From: Salinivirgaceae bacterium
GTDB taxonomy: Bacteria; Bacteroidota; Bacteroidia; Bacteroidales; SZUA-534
Assembly (NCBI GenBank): GCA_024405635.1
Contig: JAKSOL010000026.1
Coordinates: 1 to 37,692 of the forward strand
Reading direction: 5' to 3'
Length of the DNA stretch: 37,692 nucleotides
In this document: positions 27,970-36,742 of the stretch, in pieces
Numbering within the stretch: position 1 is the stretch's first letter
How the letters are laid out: each line of letters begins with the position of its first letter
Translations under genes and position numbers: made by a program
The notes under the pieces: generated by a model
Told to the model about the DNA's origin: nothing
Database searches by the model: none
What the model saw: the letters and a program-made list of their open reading frames with translations, nothing else

Positions 27970-28731
27970 ATGAAAATAAGCGTTATAGGTTCGGGTAATG
28001 TGGCAACAACTCTATCGGTTGCTTTGTCGCAATTCAACACAATTGATGCGGTGTGCAGTTCAACTGCAAATCATGCTCAAAAATTGGCGCAACGTGTTGG
28101 CGCTATGGCAGTTGCGGCTGTCGAAAATATGCCAGTCGATAGCGATTTGTACCTTATTATGGTTAGCGACAATGCAGTTGAAAATGTTGCAGCAAAACTT
28201 CCGCAGGTTAGGGGAGTGGTGGCGCACACAGCAGGAAGCATCAATATGAATGTGTTACAACGCTTTGATAATCACGGAGTTTTTTATCCTATGCAGTCGT
28301 TCACTGCTGGTAGGCAAATCAACACTTCAACCATTCCGTTTTGTATCGAAGCTTCGTCGCAAATGGTTGAACAACAGTTGGTTGAATTGGCAAAACAGTT
28401 ATCGCCAACTGTAATGCTAATGAGTTCGGCACAACGCGCACAATGCCATTTGGCCGCTGTGTTTTCAAGCAATTTTGTAAACCACATGTATGCAGCTGCG
28501 GCTCACATAATGCAAAATGCCAATTTGCCGTTCAATATGTTGCGACCTTTGTTAGTCGAAACGCTCGACAAGGCGTTTGCCCTTGGTCCCGATGTGGCGC
28601 AAACTGGCCCTGCACGCCGTGGCGATACCGTTGTTACCAACCGTCAGCGCGAGGCTTTGCCTACTGCCGACCTTCAAAAAATGTATAGTTTTGTTACCGA
28701 AAGCATAATGAAAAAATATGGGAAACTTTAA
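27970..28731 (+). CDS. Rossmann-like / DUF2520 domain oxidoreductase
   Basis: VIGSGNVA, HTAGS, FYPMQSF, HLAAVFSSNF, QTGPARRGD. Confidence 0.88.
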   Translation: MKISVIGSGNVATTLSVALSQFNTIDAVCSSTANHAQKLAQRVGAMAVAAVENMPVDSDLYLIMVSDNAVENVAAKLPQVRGVVAHTAGSINMNVLQRFDNHGVFYPMQSFTAGRQINTSTIPFCIEASSQMVEQQLVELAKQLSPTVMLMSSAQRAQCHLAAVFSSNFVNHMYAAAAHIMQNANLPFNMLRPLLVETLDKAFALGPDVAQTGPARRGDTVVTNRQREALPTADLQKMYSFVTESIMKKYGKL

Positions 28732-29248
28732 AGAAGATTTGAAAAACGTGAAGGCTTTTGCCTTCGATATAGATGGTGTATGTACCAATGCTACAATAAT
28801 TTGCCTTGCCGACGGACAGCAAGTTCGCCAATCGAATACTCGCGATGGCTTTGCGCTTCGTTTTGCAGTTAAACGTGGTTTTCCGTTGGCCATTATCAGC
28901 GCTGGGTACAACAACGTTGGCGTTATAAAACGATTTGAATCGCTTGGCATTACCGACCTTTACATTGGTAGCCACGCCAAAATGGATGCCTTTGCCGATT
29001 TTAAGCAAAAGCATAATCTTACCAATGCCGATGTGCTTTATATGGGCGACGATATTCCTGATTATCCGTTACTTAAGATTGTTGGAATGCCAACTTGTCC
29101 GCACGATGCAATGCCCGAGGCAAAGGCCGTTTCTCGCTACATTTCGCCTTACAAAGGTGGCGAGGGTTGTGTTCGCGATGTGATTGAACAGGTTTTGCGT
29201 GCTCAAGGTAAGTGGGTTAATCTCGATAACGAACCTTATTTCTTGTAA
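28718..29248 (+). CDS. kdsC: KdsC-family HAD phosphatase (KDO 8-P phosphatase-like)
   Basis: FDIDGV, RDG, YMGDDIPD, GGEGCVRDVIE. Confidence 0.85.
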   Translation: MGNFKEDLKNVKAFAFDIDGVCTNATIICLADGQQVRQSNTRDGFALRFAVKRGFPLAIISAGYNNVGVIKRFESLGITDLYIGSHAKMDAFADFKQKHNLTNADVLYMGDDIPDYPLLKIVGMPTCPHDAMPEAKAVSRYISPYKGGEGCVRDVIEQVLRAQGKWVNLDNEPYFL

Positions 29249-29249
29249 T

Positions 29250-30221
29250 ATGCTGAAATACTTGCAAATAGTTAGGCTGCCAAACTTGCTAATGATACCG
29301 CTTACAATGTATTTGTTGCGGTGGTGCATTGTTAAGCCAATGTTGGACTATCAGTACGCTTATCAATTGCAACATACAGTAAATCTGCAGTTTAGCAATT
29401 CGTTGTTTTGGGTGCTTGTGCTGCTCAATATGTTTCTTGGTGCTGCCGGTTACGTTATTAACGACTATTTTGACCGCCGCATCGATTCAGTAAACCGAAA
29501 AAATAGTGTGTTGGTTGGGCGCAACATTTCAAATCGTATGGCCATTGCAATGTATGTGATTTTTAATGTTATAGCAATGTTTTTGGCTTGTGTGCTTGCG
29601 TATAACATGCACAGTTTCAATGTGTTGCTAATGTATATAATGCTGGCTGGCATATTTTGGTTCTACTCAACTACATACAAACGCCAACTTTTGCTTGGCA
29701 ATGTTATAGTGTCGGTGTGTACGGCGCTTGTGCCTTTGCAAGTTGCTTATTTTGAGATAGTTTCGCTAAACAGTTCGTATGCTTCTGAAATGCTATACAA
29801 CAATTTGACCTTTACTCCAATAATTGTTTGGATAATGGCGTTTGCTGTGTTCGCATTTTTGCTGAACATGATGCGCGAAATAGTTAAAGACATTGAAGAT
29901 ATTGAGGGCGACGGCACTTATGGTTGCGACACTTTGCCTTTGGTTTACGGCATCGGTGTGGCAAAATCGGTTGTAGTTGCCATTGGTATAGTTGTAGCAC
30001 TCATCACATTGGCGGCAATGCTGTTTGTTCTTACCGATTTGCTGTCGCAGTTGTACCTTGCGTTGCTTGTGTTGTTGCCAACTGTTATTTCGGTTGTGCT
30101 TACCATTCGAGCCAATTGCAAAAAAAATTATTCGGTCATTAGCTTTATCCTCAAACTAGTAATGCTCACAGGTGTGCTTTATGCCTTGTTGGCCCGACAA
30201 ATAATGATGTTTGTGTTGTAG
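29250..30221 (+). CDS. UbiA-family prenyltransferase (DGGGP synthase-like)
   Basis: Start MLKYLQIVRLPNL; Asp-rich motifs INDYFDRRID and REIVKDIEDIEGD; multiple TM helices. Confidence 0.88.
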   Translation: MLKYLQIVRLPNLLMIPLTMYLLRWCIVKPMLDYQYAYQLQHTVNLQFSNSLFWVLVLLNMFLGAAGYVINDYFDRRIDSVNRKNSVLVGRNISNRMAIAMYVIFNVIAMFLACVLAYNMHSFNVLLMYIMLAGIFWFYSTTYKRQLLLGNVIVSVCTALVPLQVAYFEIVSLNSSYASEMLYNNLTFTPIIVWIMAFAVFAFLLNMMREIVKDIEDIEGDGTYGCDTLPLVYGIGVAKSVVVAIGIVVALITLAAMLFVLTDLLSQLYLALLVLLPTVISVVLTIRANCKKNYSVISFILKLVMLTGVLYALLARQIMMFVL

Positions 30222-30243
30222 AACTATTCAGTAGTTTTTGCTT

Positions 30244-30807
30244 ATGGATTATAAAGTTGTGTTGGCTTCAAAATCGCCACGGCGACAGGAATTGCTAAAG
30301 CAGATTGTTCCCAATTTTGCTATTAGAACAAAAGAAGTTGCCGAAACATATCCGTCTGAACTGCGTGGTGCTCAAGTAGTTGAGTATTTAGCCGAACTAA
30401 AATCGTCGGCATTTGCATCTGATTTGGCAACCGATGAACTGCTGATAACCGCCGACACCATTGTGTGCGTTGATGGTTGTGTGCTTGGCAAACCAGCCAA
30501 CAGAACCGATGCTATTGCAATGTTGCAAAAACTGTCGGGTAGGGCGCATCATGTTTACACTGGAGTTTGCATCAAAACAACGCAAAAACAACGCATTTTT
30601 AGTGTCGATACCGAGGTTTGGTTTGCTCAACTTACCAACGACGAAATTCTTCATTATGTTGATACTTACAAGCCTTTTGATAAAGCTGGAGCATACGGCA
30701 TTCAAGAGTGGATTGGATATATTGGCATTGAACGAATAAATGGTTCGTATTTTAATGTTGTTGGCTTGCCTGTGCAGCGTTTGTATGCCGAACTAAAAGC
30801 TTTTTAA
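30244..30807 (+). CDS. maf: Maf family nucleoside triphosphate pyrophosphatase
   Basis: LASKSPRRQELL, ITADTIV, LGKP, DKAGAYGIQ, NVVGLP. Confidence 0.93.
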   Translation: MDYKVVLASKSPRRQELLKQIVPNFAIRTKEVAETYPSELRGAQVVEYLAELKSSAFASDLATDELLITADTIVCVDGCVLGKPANRTDAIAMLQKLSGRAHHVYTGVCIKTTQKQRIFSVDTEVWFAQLTNDEILHYVDTYKPFDKAGAYGIQEWIGYIGIERINGSYFNVVGLPVQRLYAELKAF

Positions 30808-30821
30808 TCTGGCTGAGTAAT

Positions 30822-32039
30822 ATGAATCTGCGCATCTTTTCGTCATTACATTCGCGCAAGTATCGCATCTATTTTATTGGACAATCGGTGTCGCTTATTG
30901 GCACGTGGATGTACAACATAGCGCTTGGTTGGTTGGTTTATCGACTTACCGATTCGGTTTTTCTACTCGGTTTGGTAGGCTTTACCAGCCAAATTCCAAA
31001 CTTAGTACTCACACCTTTCACCGGCGTTATAACCGACCGCCACAATCGCTTGAGACTCATGACTGTAACTCAAGTAATGTTTCTTTTGCAAGCTTCGGCA
31101 ATGGCACTGCTTGTGCTTACCAATCTGGTTCAAGTTTGGCACGTTGTGGCACTTAGTTTAGTGGCTGGCACCATTGGCGCATTTGATGCTCCTGTGCGCC
31201 ATTCGTTGGTTATCGACCTTATCGACAATCCAAACGACCTTGGTAACGCCATTGCGCTCAACTCGGCGGTTTTCAATTCGGCTCGATTGATTGGCCCCGC
31301 TGTTGCTGGTTTTGTTATTTCGTTTGCGGGCGAGGGCTTTTGCTTTTTGCTTAATGCGTTGAGTTATGTTGCTGTGGTTTATGCACTTACATGTATCAAG
31401 ATTGATAAACCTCGCGCAATTGACCGCACTTCAAACTACAAAAAAGGATTTAGCAATGGGGTTAAATACACGTTCAGTCAGCCCAAAATAAGTACGTTGA
31501 TTATAACTCTTGCATGTTTCAGTGTGTGTGGTTTGTCGTATGTAAACTTGTTGCCTGCATACGCAAAAACATTGCTCGGCGGAGGCCCCAAAACTCTTGG
31601 ATTTTTAATGTCGGCACTTGGTGCTGGAGCCCTGTTGGGTGCGTTGTACATGGCATCGCGCCGCGACACAAAAGCAATGCCGCGCCTGATTAGCTTTGGC
31701 ATTCCAATTCTTGGTTTGTCGTTAATGTTGGCTTCGAAATGCAACATTCCCGTGCTTTCGGCTTTGTTTTTCTTTGCTTGCGGACTCACAATGATTCTTT
31801 CAAGCTCATCAATCAACATTTTGTTGCAGAGCCTATCCGACGACAATATGCGAGGCCGCGTAATGAGTTTTTACACCATGGCCATGATGGGAATGACTCC
31901 CGTTGGCAACTTGCTTGTAGGCAGCGTTGCTAGCAAAATAGGTTTGAACAATGCGTTGCTTTTTTGCGGAATAATAACCATAGTTATTGGCGCATTATAT
32001 ACTTGGCGTCGCAAGGTTATTGAGCAAATGGCTAACTAA
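30822..32039 (+). CDS. MFS transporter
   Basis: About 12 hydrophobic segments; GQSVSLIGTWM, GVITDRHNR, MRGRVMS. Confidence 0.9.
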   Translation: MNLRIFSSLHSRKYRIYFIGQSVSLIGTWMYNIALGWLVYRLTDSVFLLGLVGFTSQIPNLVLTPFTGVITDRHNRLRLMTVTQVMFLLQASAMALLVLTNLVQVWHVVALSLVAGTIGAFDAPVRHSLVIDLIDNPNDLGNAIALNSAVFNSARLIGPAVAGFVISFAGEGFCFLLNALSYVAVVYALTCIKIDKPRAIDRTSNYKKGFSNGVKYTFSQPKISTLIITLACFSVCGLSYVNLLPAYAKTLLGGGPKTLGFLMSALGAGALLGALYMASRRDTKAMPRLISFGIPILGLSLMLASKCNIPVLSALFFFACGLTMILSSSSINILLQSLSDDNMRGRVMSFYTMAMMGMTPVGNLLVGSVASKIGLNNALLFCGIITIVIGALYTWRRKVIEQMAN

Positions 32040-32055
32040 TTTTTTTTTGTGGCCG

Positions 32056-32514
32056 ATGAGTAAGAAACCGCAACTTGAACAGTTGTCGCTTTTTCCTGAA
32101 TATGATGCTGAAAATGAAAAGGTTGCGCCTATGTGTAACTTGCAACTGCCGCAGCCAAATTCCAATTTCGATGCACTTTTTGCACGATTAGCAAAATCGT
32201 CATTCCGTAGTCGATTTAAACTTAATGCCGAAGACAAACATTATTTGTTCGATAAAGGATTTGAAGCAATTAAAGCCCATGCAGCCGATTTTGTAGCTCA
32301 ACGGCTAGCTCCTGCTCAACCAATCAACGATGGAAAGCAAACTCCAATGCGAGGGCACCCTGCTTTTGTGGCTCAACATGCTACGGGATGCTGTTGCCGA
32401 GGTTGCCTTGCCAAATGGCACAACATTCAACCCAACCGACCACTTTCAAAAAACGAGCAAACCTACATTGTTAACGTACTTATGGAATGGATTGTTAGAT
32501 TTGCTACAAAATGA
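32056..32514 (+). CDS. DUF4186 family protein with N-terminal QLSLF extension
   Basis: RLAKSSFRSRFKL...NDGKQTPMRGHP.FVAQHATGCCCRGCLAKWH; likely start ATG 32056. Confidence 0.8.
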   Translation: MSKKPQLEQLSLFPEYDAENEKVAPMCNLQLPQPNSNFDALFARLAKSSFRSRFKLNAEDKHYLFDKGFEAIKAHAADFVAQRLAPAQPINDGKQTPMRGHPAFVAQHATGCCCRGCLAKWHNIQPNRPLSKNEQTYIVNVLMEWIVRFATK

Positions 32515-32516
32515 AA

Positions 32517-32614
32517 AATAAATAACCACCTAATTTGTAATTAAAAGTTCTGGAAGATTACCGAGGCGGCCGATAGCAAAATAATAAATAACCACCTAAT
32601 TTGTAATTAAAAGT
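32517..32614 (+). repeat. Two identical 32-bp direct repeats separated by a 34-bp unique segment
   Basis: AATAAATAACCACCTAATTTGTAATTAAAAGT at 32517-32548 and 32583-32614. Confidence 0.95.
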
Positions 32615-32617
32615 ATT

Positions 32618-33313
32618 ATGAAACACTTTATGCTACTATTCGTGCTATTGCACACCTTGGCACTTAATTGCTTTGCTCAACCCGAAGTTGGTCGTTACGA
32701 CTATTGGCAACCAGGAGTAACCCTATCATTTGACATGTTTACAGGCGATTTGCCCGATAGTGTAGAAACTCAAAACTTATTATCGAGAAATATTGGCCAC
32801 ACTATTGCTACCGGAATGTGGGGCGTGTTAGATGTACCTGCAACAAAAAAAGGATGGAAAACCATGGTTGAAAAGGCATACTTCTGTGCTGCGTTAGATA
32901 AAAAAATGTCGTTTTGGCTTGTAAAAGACAGTACCGAGTTGAAATATGCTCAACTTTTGTGGGATGTTTGCGAGGTGGCTGCTCGAATGTCGCGACGCAA
33001 TTTGGATCAACTTCAGCAACAAGCAGGTGGCAATGGCATGATATCAATTATGTACGTAACCAGCCTTAACGATGGCAAAGAGTTTGGCCGCGACGTATCA
33101 AACTCTATTATGCAGAGGGTTATAATTCCTCGTAACGAAGAGGAATACAAATCGTTTAGAGAAATGGTGGACCAATATCTACTTGAGTTAAGCCAATATG
33201 CAACAACCCAAGCCGACATACAACGATTTGTTACCGACAAACCCGACGAAGGCTACAAAATGGCCGACAAGTTACAAGGCGACATTAAAAACAGAGGAAA
33301 AATCAGATATTAG
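32618..33313 (+). CDS. Secreted hypothetical protein, distantly DUF922-like
   Basis: Signal peptide; W....LSFDMF.G and SFW...ELKYAQLLWDVCEVAAR resemble DUF922 segments but lack HExxH. Confidence 0.55.
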   Translation: MKHFMLLFVLLHTLALNCFAQPEVGRYDYWQPGVTLSFDMFTGDLPDSVETQNLLSRNIGHTIATGMWGVLDVPATKKGWKTMVEKAYFCAALDKKMSFWLVKDSTELKYAQLLWDVCEVAARMSRRNLDQLQQQAGGNGMISIMYVTSLNDGKEFGRDVSNSIMQRVIIPRNEEEYKSFREMVDQYLLELSQYATTQADIQRFVTDKPDEGYKMADKLQGDIKNRGKIRY

Positions 33314-33500
33314 CCAAGCCTACTTGCAATCCGATGTTTTTGTTAAGCTCAATCTTTTTTCGGTTGCATAAATGCAATATTGAGGTATTTTTACAAAACG
33401 GAATCCAAAAAAGTTAAGGGTTCCGATTTTTGTGTAATCATATTTATTTCAAAACAATGGCCTTTTTACAAGGCAGATAATTAAAAGGAGGAACCTTAAA

Positions 33501-34127
33501 ATGGAAATCAAAAAAATTACCGATCCAGCTTTCCGCAAATACGGACGACTAGTTACTAACGTAGATTTTACTGAGCTTATTGAGGCTTTGAAAACCAAAA
33601 CTCCACTTCCTGAAGGCGTAGGCTACGAACCTTCAGTTCCAGCTTTGGAGGCTACCGCTACAGCAAAACAACTTGAAAACATATCGTGGGGCGAGCACCC
33701 AATTGAGGTTGGCTACTGCAATGGTCACAACACAAAGTTGAATGCCGTTGAGTATCACCGCAATTCAGAAATCAACGTTGCAGCAACCGACGCTGTTCTT
33801 ATTGTTGGTATGCAACAAGACATTACCGACGATTTTACATACGACACCTCAAAAATGGAAGCATTCCTTTTGCCTGCAGGTCAAGCTGCCGAAATCTACG
33901 GCACAACACTTCACTATGCACCATGCTCATTGTCGCCAGAGGGCTTCCGTGTTGGCATTGTGCTACCTAAGTACACCAACTACCCATTGGAGGCTGCACA
34001 CAACGCAGGTGGCGAGGACAAACTTCTTATGGCTAGAAACAAATGGCTTATTGCCCACAAAGACGGCGGTCAAGATCCAAAAGCATTTATTGGCTTGATT
34101 GGCGAAAACCTTGACATCGCAAAATAA
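33501..34127 (+). CDS. DUF4867 family protein (cupin-like)
   Basis: FRKYG, EVGYCNGHN.KLNAVEYHRNSEIN, EIYGTTLHYAPC, NKWLIAH; AAGGAGG 9 nt upstream. Confidence 0.82.
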   Translation: MEIKKITDPAFRKYGRLVTNVDFTELIEALKTKTPLPEGVGYEPSVPALEATATAKQLENISWGEHPIEVGYCNGHNTKLNAVEYHRNSEINVAATDAVLIVGMQQDITDDFTYDTSKMEAFLLPAGQAAEIYGTTLHYAPCSLSPEGFRVGIVLPKYTNYPLEAAHNAGGEDKLLMARNKWLIAHKDGGQDPKAFIGLIGENLDIAK

Positions 34128-34196
34128 TCAGCCCTAAGGCAATTATTTTAAACCATAAACTAACGGATGCTGACTGCGGTTGGCATCCGTTTTTTT
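34122..34196 (+). repeat. 75-bp direct repeat, copy 1 (DUF4867 stop codon plus terminator)
   Basis: Identical to 35627-35701; includes hairpin AACGGATGCTGAC-TGCG-GTTGGCATCCGTT and T-tract. Confidence 0.95.
34162..34196 (+). terminator. Intrinsic terminator after DUF4867
   Basis: GC-rich hairpin followed by T7. Confidence 0.85.
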
Positions 34197-34291
34197 GTGA
34201 AGTGTCGAAAAATGTAGTGATGGGCCGTATTTATGTGTTGATTTTTGTATGTTTACGACATGATTATGTGTCGAAAAATGTATCGCATAGT

Positions 34292-35572
34292 ATGGAACGT
34301 GTTGTAATTGAACAATTTATTGAGTGGAAAAACAAGAGTGACAGAAAACCGTTGATAGTAAACGGCGCTCGTCAAGTAGGAAAAACATGGCTTTTGAAGG
34401 AATTTGGTAAAAGAGAATACCTTCAAACAGCGTACATCACGTGCTACAAAAACAATCTTGTTAAAGAGATATTCAGTACCGATTACGATACAAAGCGCAT
34501 TATTACGGCGTTGGGAGCAGTTTCTCGTATCGACATTAAGCCCGAAAGCACGCTGATTATACTTGACGAAGTGCAAGAGATTCCCGAAGTGTTGGAGTCG
34601 TTGAAGTATTTTTGTGAGGACGCGCCACAATATCATATTGCTGTTGCTGGTTCATTGCTTGGCATTTCACTTCACAAAGGTTTTTCTTTTCCTGTAGGTA
34701 AAGTGCAGACAATTAACATATACCCAATGAGTTATGAAGAATTTCTGCTAGCTAAAGGCGAAAATCAACTATTCAATATTCTTGAGTCGAAAGATTTCAA
34801 GACAATAAATATGCTTCACGAAAAGTATGTTGATTTACTTAGGCAATATTATTACGTAGGAGGAATGCCCGAAGCTGTAAAGCAATTTGTTGAAACGGGA
34901 GAACTTATGTCGGTTAGAAGTATTCAAAAACAGATATTGAGCGATTACTCAAAAGATTTTTCAAAGCATGCGCCTAAAGAGTTGGTACCAAGAATAACTA
35001 TGGTGTGGCAGTCGATACCGTCGCAGTTGTTTAAGGAGAATAAGAAATTTATTTACGGAACATTGAAAAAAGGCGCAAGAGCCAACGATTTTGAATTGGC
35101 TATTCAGTGGCTTTTGGATGCGGGACTAATATACAAGGTGCCAAGAGTAAAGGCTCTGAAACTTCCTTTGAAAATATACGAGGACCTATCTGCGTTTAAA
35201 ATGTATATGGTTGATACTGGGTTGCTTGGCGCGATGGTTGATGTTGAGCCAAGTCAAATACTCATAAACAACAATATTTTTTCGGAATACAAGGGCGGAA
35301 TGACAGAACAATATGTTTTGCAGCAAATGAAAAGTCATGGAACTGAAAACATTTATTACCATAACACCGACTCTTCAAGACTTGAAATTGATTTCATAAT
35401 ACAACGCGAAGGCAATTTATTGCCAATTGAGGTAAAAGCCGAATCGAATGTTCGGGCCAATTCGTTGTCGATGCTTTTGCAAAATACACCCGATATGCAA
35501 GCCATAAGGTATTCAATGCTACCATATTGCGAGCAATCCCAAATGACAAATATTCCTATGTATGCGGTGTAG
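34292..35572 (+). CDS. AAA+ ATPase with DUF4143 / PD-(D/E)xK-like C-terminus
   Basis: Likely start MERVVIEQF; Walker A GARQVGKT, Walker B IILDEVQ, VGGMPE, DTGLL, EIDFII...PIEVKA. Confidence 0.9.
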   Translation: MERVVIEQFIEWKNKSDRKPLIVNGARQVGKTWLLKEFGKREYLQTAYITCYKNNLVKEIFSTDYDTKRIITALGAVSRIDIKPESTLIILDEVQEIPEVLESLKYFCEDAPQYHIAVAGSLLGISLHKGFSFPVGKVQTINIYPMSYEEFLLAKGENQLFNILESKDFKTINMLHEKYVDLLRQYYYVGGMPEAVKQFVETGELMSVRSIQKQILSDYSKDFSKHAPKELVPRITMVWQSIPSQLFKENKKFIYGTLKKGARANDFELAIQWLLDAGLIYKVPRVKALKLPLKIYEDLSAFKMYMVDTGLLGAMVDVEPSQILINNNIFSEYKGGMTEQYVLQQMKSHGTENIYYHNTDSSRLEIDFIIQREGNLLPIEVKAESNVRANSLSMLLQNTPDMQAIRYSMLPYCEQSQMTNIPMYAV

Positions 35573-35626
35573 ATATTATCGTTTTTGAATTAAGGAAAGG
35601 CAAACTTTACAACTGATTTTTTTCTC

Positions 35627-35703
35627 AAATAATCAGCCCTAAGGCAATTATTTTAAACCATAAACTAACGGATGCTGACTGCGGTTGGCATCCGTTTTTT
35701 TTT
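35627..35703 (+). repeat. 75-bp direct repeat, copy 2, with duplicate terminator
   Basis: Identical to 34122-34196; T-tract is 2 nt longer. Confidence 0.95.
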
Positions 35704-35744
35704 GTGTGATAGATATTTTAAGTATGAAATGAAAAATAACAGCG

Positions 35745-35784
35745 AGGTGCATAAGAAAATCATGCACCTTGATATTTATCTTTG
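35745..35784 (+). promoter_or_regulatory. Promoter and palindromic operator of the WYL-cas operon
   Basis: AGGTGCAT-N9-ATGCACCT (35745-35769) just upstream of -7 box TATCTTTG (35777-35784). Confidence 0.65.
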
Positions 35785-35807
35785 TAGGAAACAAATAAAC
35801 AAGCAAG

Positions 35808-36707
35808 ATGAATTTGTCAGAAAAAGTACGGATGTTGTTTTGGATTACGTCATTAGTAAAGCGCAGAGGTCCAATATCGTTGCGCGATATTAATGAAGAA
35901 TGGGTGAATAATGAGTTGAGTGAAAACCGTAGATTTGACAGAAACACATTCAAAAACTATCTATACAATATAGAAGTGATTTTTGGTATAGAGATAATTT
36001 ATAAGAACGGAGGCTACTGCATTGCCGACAAAGCAAAGATTAGTACAAACAATTTGCACGATTTGCTTATAAGCCGCATTCAAAACATTGAATTCTATTC
36101 CAAATTTAGCGATTTGGGCGATAAACTTCAGGTTGACGATATTCCCGAAGGAAGCCAATATCTTGATATTATAGGACAAGCGCTGAAAGAAAATAGGTTG
36201 CTGTGTATTGAATATCAAAAGTTTATTGATGAAAACTCAAAAGTTATAGTAATAGAACCATATTGCCTAAAATTGAAGGACAGACGATGGTATTTGTTGG
36301 CAAAAAATAAGGCAACGGCCGAAGTTTGCACGTATGCTCTTGATAGGATAAGTTCGTTGATAATAGAAGGAAATCATTTTACTCCCGATAGCACAATTGA
36401 TGTAAGCAGTTATTATTCCAACTGCATTGGCGTGTATGCCGATGACGAAAAACTAGACGATGTGGTTCTTAAAACTACAGAGTGGCAAGCTCATTACTTG
36501 CGCACATTGCCTTTGCATAAATCTCAACAAGAAATAACCCCTTGCGTTTTCAAATACCATGTAGATATTACTCCCGATTTAATAAACGAGATATTGCGTA
36601 TGGGAAGTAAAGTTATTGTTATCTCCCCCGAAACACTGAAGTCAAAAATTAAAGAACAAGTGGATGCAATGCAAAGAATGTATATAAATGGTATTTTAGG
36701 AGATTGA
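35808..36707 (+). CDS. WYL-domain transcriptional regulator (wHTH-WYL-WCX)
   Basis: N-terminal wHTH-like region, IEPYCLKLKDRRWYLLA...YALDRI WYL core, YLRTLPLHKSQQ and VISPETLK WCX. Confidence 0.9.
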   Translation: MNLSEKVRMLFWITSLVKRRGPISLRDINEEWVNNELSENRRFDRNTFKNYLYNIEVIFGIEIIYKNGGYCIADKAKISTNNLHDLLISRIQNIEFYSKFSDLGDKLQVDDIPEGSQYLDIIGQALKENRLLCIEYQKFIDENSKVIVIEPYCLKLKDRRWYLLAKNKATAEVCTYALDRISSLIIEGNHFTPDSTIDVSSYYSNCIGVYADDEKLDDVVLKTTEWQAHYLRTLPLHKSQQEITPCVFKYHVDITPDLINEILRMGSKVIVISPETLKSKIKEQVDAMQRMYINGILGD

Positions 36708-36742
36708 AAAACATTTAATAATCATTAATAAAACAATCAGTT

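Noticed and set aside
34202-34291. 30-codon N-terminal extension of the ATPase in the ORF track, and similar extensions at 3157, 3298, 9414, 29184, 31987
   Set aside because: Downstream ATGs give family-typical N-termini or signal peptides; the extensions cover promoters or neighbouring genes.
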